Positions 59,122 through 64,000 of a stretch of DNA of 64,000 nt are shown here, one piece after another (position 1 is the stretch's first letter; each line of letters begins with the position of its first letter). This DNA is from an uncultured Alphaproteobacteria bacterium (GTDB taxonomy: Bacteria > Pseudomonadota > Alphaproteobacteria > SHNJ01). The notes under the pieces are model-generated. The model saw only the letters and a list, made by a program, of their open reading frames with translations. It ran no database searches and was not told where the DNA came from. The position numbers were made by a program, and so were the translations under genes. The DNA is taken from NCBI GenBank assembly GCA_964647725.1, contig CAZYJI010000001.1, positions 74,264 through 138,263 of the forward strand, written 5' to 3'.

Positions 59122-60057
59122 TTAATTGGATCGCGCGACTTGTTGAGAGCGCGATATTTGATCAAAAACTTTGCGGCTATGACCGGTAACCAGCTTGCCT
59201 GGCGTTTTGATGGGTTCGATATCGGCGGAAAGCAGCATGGCATTAACGGCGGTATTGCAATCCTGTAATCCAACTTGATAGGGAATTTGCTGCGCCGTAA
59301 TAACCCCTGCAGTTTTTTCCATACTGATCCATTTTACCAGGGCATCGCGCCCCTGGGCCAACACGATGCAATGTGATTTATGCATCCAGTCTTGCATTTG
59401 ATATGGCACCCAAGTCCCGTTCTGAAAATATCCGGCCGTCGGGCCGGGCGTTAATTGTTTTTTGGCAACCCGGATAGAGCCGAAATCATAAGCGGTATAA
59501 TCGATGTTTACGCTGCTGGCCAACAAGCTGCCGATGAAATGCAGCGTATCTGCCCCATCCGGGGAATTGTCGGAAATCGGATTCAGCATTTCATAATAAA
59601 AAGCCCGTGGCGCCGCGTCATTCAATGGCTTGCAATCATAACGCATGACCAAAAACGAATGCTGATAATTCAAGGCATAACTGCCTAAACTATCCATCCA
59701 CCAGGATATTTTTGGATTATTTTTGCGAAATTCGGCATCAAAAACATCGCTGATATTGATCGATCTTAATTCCAGCCGGCATCCGCTGACATCGATATCA
59801 TATTCTTTGGCGCGCACAATGGGATCGCCTGCGGGCGGAATGGCATAACCGGAATTGGGCAGGGCCAGTTTTTGCAATCCCGCCGCCTTATTTTCAAAAT
59901 AATTTCGGGTCCAAAATCCGGCGATCACCAAGCCCAATAACCCGGCCCATCTTGTATACCGCACTGAACGCCGCAACCACCCATTCCGGCGCAATAGGTG
60001 TTTGGTTCGGGGCCAAGCCCACTTTACAGCTTCTGTAAGCCTGTTTTTAAGCCGCAT
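59122..60057 (-). CDS. Hypothetical protein with N-terminal membrane anchor (311 aa)
   Basis: Arg-rich N-terminus then a TM segment (WAGLLGLVIAGFW) and a soluble domain. No motif recognised. Confidence 0.45.
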   Translation of the reverse strand: MRLKNRLTEAVKWAWPRTKHLLRRNGWLRRSVRYTRWAGLLGLVIAGFWTRNYFENKAAGLQKLALPNSGYAIPPAGDPIVRAKEYDIDVSGCRLELRSINISDVFDAEFRKNNPKISWWMDSLGSYALNYQHSFLVMRYDCKPLNDAAPRAFYYEMLNPISDNSPDGADTLHFIGSLLASSVNIDYTAYDFGSIRVAKKQLTPGPTAGYFQNGTWVPYQMQDWMHKSHCIVLAQGRDALVKWISMEKTAGVITAQQIPYQVGLQDCNTAVNAMLLSADIEPIKTPGKLVTGHSRKVFDQISRSQQVARSN

Positions 60058-60102
60058 AAGTGAAAATTAGCATAATTTTCCTTTTAGGCGAATAGATCAT
60101 TC

Positions 60103-60131
60103 TTGTCATTTTGGCACTTATCCTGTATAAA
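60103..60131 (+). promoter_or_regulatory. Putative sigma-70-type promoter for rpmI-rplT
   Basis: TTGTCA (60103-60108), a 17-bp spacer, then TATAAA (60126-60131), about 100 bp upstream of rpmI. A hairpin CGGTGC-cccgt-GCACCG lies just before the RBS (about 60196-60212). Confidence 0.3.
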
Positions 60132-60232
60132 ACCCGCTTTCCGCGCCGCAGAGCAGATGGGCTGCCCGGCCGGAAAATGAGTTAATTAAGGCAGGTCGGT
60201 GCCCCGTGCACCGCTAAAACAAGGAGATAGAA

Positions 60233-60442
60233 ATGCCCAAATTAAAGACCAAGAGTGGTCTGAAGCGCCGTTTTCGCGTATCAGCCAATGGAAAAGTCAA
60301 AACCGCCCAAGCAGGCAAACGTCACGGCATGCGCAAACGTTCGCGCCGGATGAAACGCAATGCACGCGGTACGGAAGTATTGAAAACTCCAGGCGTAAAG
60401 GTGTTCTTGCGTATGGCGCCTTACATCAAACATTTGCAATAG
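60233..60442 (+). CDS. rpmI: 50S ribosomal protein L35
   Basis: Start [32 protein letters not shown], and RBS AAGGAG upstream. Confidence 0.9.
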   Translation: MPKLKTKSGLKRRFRVSANGKVKTAQAGKRHGMRKRSRRMKRNARGTEVLKTPGVKVFLRMAPYIKHLQ

Positions 60443-60467
60443 CAATCGGAATTAAAGGAGATTTCAT

Positions 60468-60824
60468 ATGACACGTTCTTTGCCAAAAGTCGCATCGCGT
60501 ATGCGCCGCAAAAAAGTTTTAAAACGCGCCAAAGGTTATTATGGCCGTAAGAAAAATACTATCAAAGCCGCACGCCAACAGGTCGAAAAATCCGGCCAGT
60601 ACGCGTATAACGACCGCCGTTTGAAAAAACGCGATTTCCGCGCCGTGTGGATCGCTCGTATCAATGCCGGTTGCCGCGAATTGGGTTTCACCTATGGCCG
60701 TTTGATCGATGGATTGAAAAAATCCGGCGTCGAGGTTAACCGCAAAATGCTGGCCGAAATGGCCGTGCATAATCCGGCGGCGTTTAAATCGGTTGTGGAA
60801 CAGGCTAAAACCGCTTCTAAATAA
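60468..60824 (+). CDS. rplT: 50S ribosomal protein L20
   Basis: Start [30 protein letters not shown], and RBS AAAGGAG upstream. Confidence 0.92.
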   Translation: MTRSLPKVASRMRRKKVLKRAKGYYGRKKNTIKAARQQVEKSGQYAYNDRRLKKRDFRAVWIARINAGCRELGFTYGRLIDGLKKSGVEVNRKMLAEMAVHNPAAFKSVVEQAKTASK

Positions 60825-60846
60825 ATTCGTCCGGTAACGGAAATTA

Positions 60847-60889
60847 GGGCGGGGATAGGCAAAAACCTAACCCCGCCCTTGTTCATTTT
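60847..60889 (+). terminator. Rho-independent terminator after rplT
   Basis: Stem GGGCGGGG (60847-60854) and CCCCGCCC (60871-60878) with a 16-nt loop, followed by the T-rich tract TTGTTCATTTT. Confidence 0.7.
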
Positions 60890-60911
60890 AATGTCCTCGG
60901 TATAATGCTTT

Positions 60912-61991
60912 ATGTCTAATTATTCTTCTCTGAAAAACGAATTGGTTGCCGCGATCAACAATGCCGCTGATTTGGCGCAATTGGAATCTATCCGCGTTGC
61001 CGAGCTTGGCAAAAAAGGCCGATTGGCCGAAGCCATGTCCGGGCTTGGCAAAATGTCGCCCGATGAACGTAAGACTGTTGGTGCCGAATTAAACGTCATT
61101 AAGCAAGAAATCAATGAGACTTTTGCCGCGCGTAAATCAACTTTGGAACAAGGCGCATTGGCGCAAAAACTAGCATCCGAAAAAATCGATATTACCTTGC
61201 CGCCGCCGCCAGAACAATCCGGGCGCATTCATCCGATCAGCCAAGTAATAGAAGAAATCACTGCAATTTTCGCGGCGCAAGGTTTTACCGTCGCGCAAGG
61301 CCCGGATATTGAAACCGATTTCAATAATTTCACCGGGCTGAATATTCCGGAATCCCATCCCGCACGGCAAATGCAAGACACGTTTTATTTGAACGCCAAG
61401 GACGAGACAGGCAAGCCGCTATTGCTGCGCACCCATACCTCGACCTTGCAGATTCGTACTATGACCACGCAAAAACCGCCCTTGCGCATTATCTCGCCGG
61501 GTCGGACATTTCGCTGTGATTCGGATTTGACCCATACGCCGATGTTTCATCAAACCGACGGATTTGTGGTGGATGAGAAAACCAATTTCGGCCATTTAAA
61601 AGGCTGTTTGACCGATTTCGTGCGCGCGTTTTTTGAAATGCCGGATGTGCCGGTACGGTTCCGTCCATCTTTCTTTCCGTTCGTCGAACCGGGCGCGGAA
61701 ATGGATATTGGCTGCTCGCGCAAAGATGGCGGATTAAAAATTGGTGCCGGCGAAGGTTGGCTAGAGATTCTGGGATGCGGCATGATTCACCCGAACGTCT
61801 TGCGCAATTGCGGCATCGATCCGGATAAATATCAAGGTTTTGCGTTTGGTATGGGCGTGGATCGCCTCGCGATGTTGAAATATGGCATTCCGGATTTACG
61901 CACTTTCTTCGAAGGCGATGCGCGCTGGTTGAAACATTATGGATTCTCGGCCAATGATGTGCCGACCCAGGCTGGGGGAGTAAGCCGATGA
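60912..61991 (+). CDS. pheS: Phenylalanyl-tRNA synthetase alpha subunit
   Basis: Class II motifs (FRCDSDLTHTPMFHQTDGF; GMGVDRLAMLKYGIPDLR). Confidence 0.92.
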   Translation: MSNYSSLKNELVAAINNAADLAQLESIRVAELGKKGRLAEAMSGLGKMSPDERKTVGAELNVIKQEINETFAARKSTLEQGALAQKLASEKIDITLPPPPEQSGRIHPISQVIEEITAIFAAQGFTVAQGPDIETDFNNFTGLNIPESHPARQMQDTFYLNAKDETGKPLLLRTHTSTLQIRTMTTQKPPLRIISPGRTFRCDSDLTHTPMFHQTDGFVVDEKTNFGHLKGCLTDFVRAFFEMPDVPVRFRPSFFPFVEPGAEMDIGCSRKDGGLKIGAGEGWLEILGCGMIHPNVLRNCGIDPDKYQGFAFGMGVDRLAMLKYGIPDLRTFFEGDARWLKHYGFSANDVPTQAGGVSR

Positions 61992-64000
61992 AAATCACTC
62001 TGTCCTGGCTAAAGGAATATTTGGATACCACCGCCGATTTAAAAGCCATTACCGACAAATTGACGTCAATCGGTCTTGAGGTTGAAAGCGTGATCGATCA
62101 TGGTGCCGCCTTGGCGCCGTTTGTGATTGCGTATGTAGAGTCCGCGCAGCCCCATCCCAATGCCGACCGGTTGAAAGTTTGCAAGGTCAATGATAACAAC
62201 CAAACTTATCAAATCGTTTGCGGCGCGCCGAACGCGCGCGCTGGCATCAAAGCGGTATTGTCGCTGCCCGGCATGGTGATTCCATCCACGGGAGAGCCTT
62301 TGAAAAAAGGCAATATTCGCGGCGTTGAATCGCAAGGCATGTTGTGTGCGGTGGATGAATTGGGTCTTGGGCCGGAGACGACTGGAATTATCGAGCTTCC
62401 CGAAGACGCGCCGGTTGGAAAACCATATGCTAAAACCTATGGCCTAGATGATGCGGTCATTGAAATCAAATTGACGCCGAACCGCGCCGATTGCGCCGGC
62501 ATTTACGGTATCGCCCGTGATCTGGCGGCGGCGGGACTTGGCACATTAAAGCCGTTTAATGTTCCAAAAATCGCCGGCAAAGGCAAATCGCCAATCAATG
62601 TGAAATTGGATACGCCAGATTGTCCGATGTTTGTGTACCGTTATATCAAGGGCGTTAAAAACGGACCTTCGCCCAAATGGTTGCAGAAAAAATTGACCGA
62701 TATTGGCTTGCGGCCGATTTCCGCGCTGGTCGATGTCACCAATTATTTCACCATGGCCTATGGCCGCCCGATGCACGTATTCGATGCTGACCGGATCAAA
62801 GGCGATATGCATGTTTACAGTTCCAAGGGCGGCGAAAAATTCGAAGCCTTGAATCACAAAGAATACACGCTGCCCGCCGATTTGATCGCAATCAAGGATG
62901 ATGCCGGCATGATTGCGCTTGCCGGCGTGATGGGCGGAACATCTTCAGGTTCGGATGAAAATACCAAAAACGTATTGCTCGAAGTCGCACTGTGGAATCC
63001 AATCAAAATCGCTATGGCCGGACGCGCGTTGGATATCCAAAGCGATGCGCGTTATCGCCTGGAACGCGGCGTTGATCCGACATTTGCGATTCCCGCAACC
63101 GACATGGCCAGTCAAATGATTTTGGATTTGTGCGGCGGCGAGCCTGGCGAATTGATGGTATCGGGCAAAGAACCGCAAGCACAAAAAACGGTGGATTTCC
63201 GCTTGGCGCGCGCCAAAACTTTGGGCGGATTCGATATTGCCGAAGGTCAGGCCAAAAATATTTTAACGCGGCTTGGATTTACGGTTTCCGGAAGCGGCGA
63301 GTCCTGGAAAGTAACGCCGCCGCCATGGCGCGTCGATATTGACGGCGAAGCCGATTTGGTCGAAGAATTATTGCGTTTCACCGGCCTTGATGCCGTGCCG
63401 GCCGTGTCCTTGCCAATCGCCAACTTGGCGCTGGGTCAAGCGATGACGCCGATGCAAAAACGGGCCAGCGCAGCAAAACGTTTGCTGGCCTCGCGCGGGC
63501 TTTTGGAATTGGTGTCGTTTTCTTTCGTCTCGCGCGCGCAGGCGGAATTGTTCGGCGGCGGGCAAGCGGAATTGCAATTGCTGAATCCGATTTCGGCCGA
63601 TCTCGATCAAATGCGGCCCAGCGTTTTGCCTTGCTTGATGCAGGCGGTGAAATTGAACGCCGACCGTTCGATGCCGGATTTGGCTTTATTCGAAGTCGGT
63701 CCTTGTTACAAAGGCGTCAAAGAAGATCAGCAATCGATTATGGCCGGATTGGTACGTAGCGGTTCGATCGGTCGCCATTGGCAAGATAAAGACCGCGCCG
63801 TCAATGCGTTCGATGTGAAGGCCGATGTTATAGCCTTATTATCGGATTTGGGCGTCGATGCGGCAAAGGCGCAAATTACCGAGGGTGAGCCCGTCTGGTA
63901 TCATCCGGGTCAATCTGGCACCATCAAATTTGGGCCAAACGTCCTGGCGCAGTTCGGCGTACTACATCCAAAAATTTTGGCGCATTACGATATCAAGGTT
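61988..64000 (+). CDS. pheT: Phenylalanyl-tRNA synthetase beta subunit (3'-truncated at window edge)
   Basis: N-terminus MKITLSWLKEYLDTTADLKAITDKLTSIGLEVESV. The ATG overlaps the pheS stop (ATGA). The ORF runs to the window end. Confidence 0.9.
   Translation, partial: MKITLSWLKEYLDTTADLKAITDKLTSIGLEVESVIDHGAALAPFVIAYVESAQPHPNADRLKVCKVNDNNQTYQIVCGAPNARAGIKAVLSLPGMVIPSTGEPLKKGNIRGVESQGMLCAVDELGLGPETTGIIELPEDAPVGKPYAKTYGLDDAVIEIKLTPNRADCAGIYGIARDLAAAGLGTLKPFNVPKIAGKGKSPINVKLDTPDCPMFVYRYIKGVKNGPSPKWLQKKLTDIGLRPISALVDVTNYFTMAYGRPMHVFDADRIKGDMHVYSSKGGEKFEALNHKEYTLPADLIAIKDDAGMIALAGVMGGTSSGSDENTKNVLLEVALWNPIKIAMAGRALDIQSDARYRLERGVDPTFAIPATDMASQMILDLCGGEPGELMVSGKEPQAQKTVDFRLARAKTLGGFDIAEGQAKNILTRLGFTVSGSGESWKVTPPPWRVDIDGEADLVEELLRFTGLDAVPAVSLPIANLALGQAMTPMQKRASAAKRLLASRGLLELVSFSFVSRAQAELFGGGQAELQLLNPISADLDQMRPSVLPCLMQAVKLNADRSMPDLALFEVGPCYKGVKEDQQSIMAGLVRSGSIGRHWQDKDRAVNAFDVKADVIALLSDLGVDAAKAQITEGEPVWYHPGQSGTIKFGPNVLAQFGVLHPKILAHYDIKV

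Noticed and set aside
1-64000. CRISPR array or cas genes
   Set aside because: No series of regularly spaced short direct repeats is visible in any intergenic region. No Cas-like proteins are in the ORF set.

Overview
This window looks like an alphaproteobacterial chromosome segment of about 50% GC. Most of it is conserved housekeeping synteny:
- yidC-engB-(HAD nucleotidase)-dapE.
- truA-fmt-def on the minus strand.
- rmuC, an SPFH/NfeD pair, recR-ybaB-dnaX with an SRP RNA upstream of dnaX.
- kdsB, a membrane cytochrome c, and yejABEF peptide/microcin ABC uptake.
- MarR, an M17 aminopeptidase, and the ptsN-hpf-rpoN-lptB-lptA-lptC-kdsD block.
- uppP, a GST, and an LPS-core-like glycosyltransferase cluster.
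- thrS-infC ... rpmI-rplT-pheS-pheT.

The main accessory feature is a roughly 14.7 kb integrative island (about 32031-46740) inserted at the 3' end of a minus-strand tRNA-Leu(CAG) and bounded by a 21-bp direct repeat of the tRNA 3' end. The tRNA-proximal end carries a P4-type tyrosine integrase, an AlpA-like excisionase/regulator and a split zinc-finger + TOPRIM/P-loop primase. The cargo carries:
- an MmeI-family single-chain type IIL restriction-modification enzyme (1049 aa);
- a co-operonic NucS-like PD-(D/E)xK nuclease fused to a PUA/EVE-like domain;
- a HigB toxin with a HigA-HTH::ImmA/IrrE-peptidase fusion antitoxin;
- an XRE repressor divergent from an uncharacterized lipoprotein / 80-aa / 443-aa module;
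- internal 20-bp arm-type direct repeats near both ends.

Other second-look items:
- an AT-rich 450-bp region with a translationally coupled DUF1800/DUF1501 pair of atypical codon usage;
- an orphan low-complexity membrane protein;
- tandem orphan SBP_bac_3 paralogs inside the glycosyltransferase cluster;
- infC with no in-frame ATG upstream of its conserved N-terminus (GTG candidate downstream), plus two opposite-strand hypothetical genes interrupting the infC-rpmI-rplT cluster.
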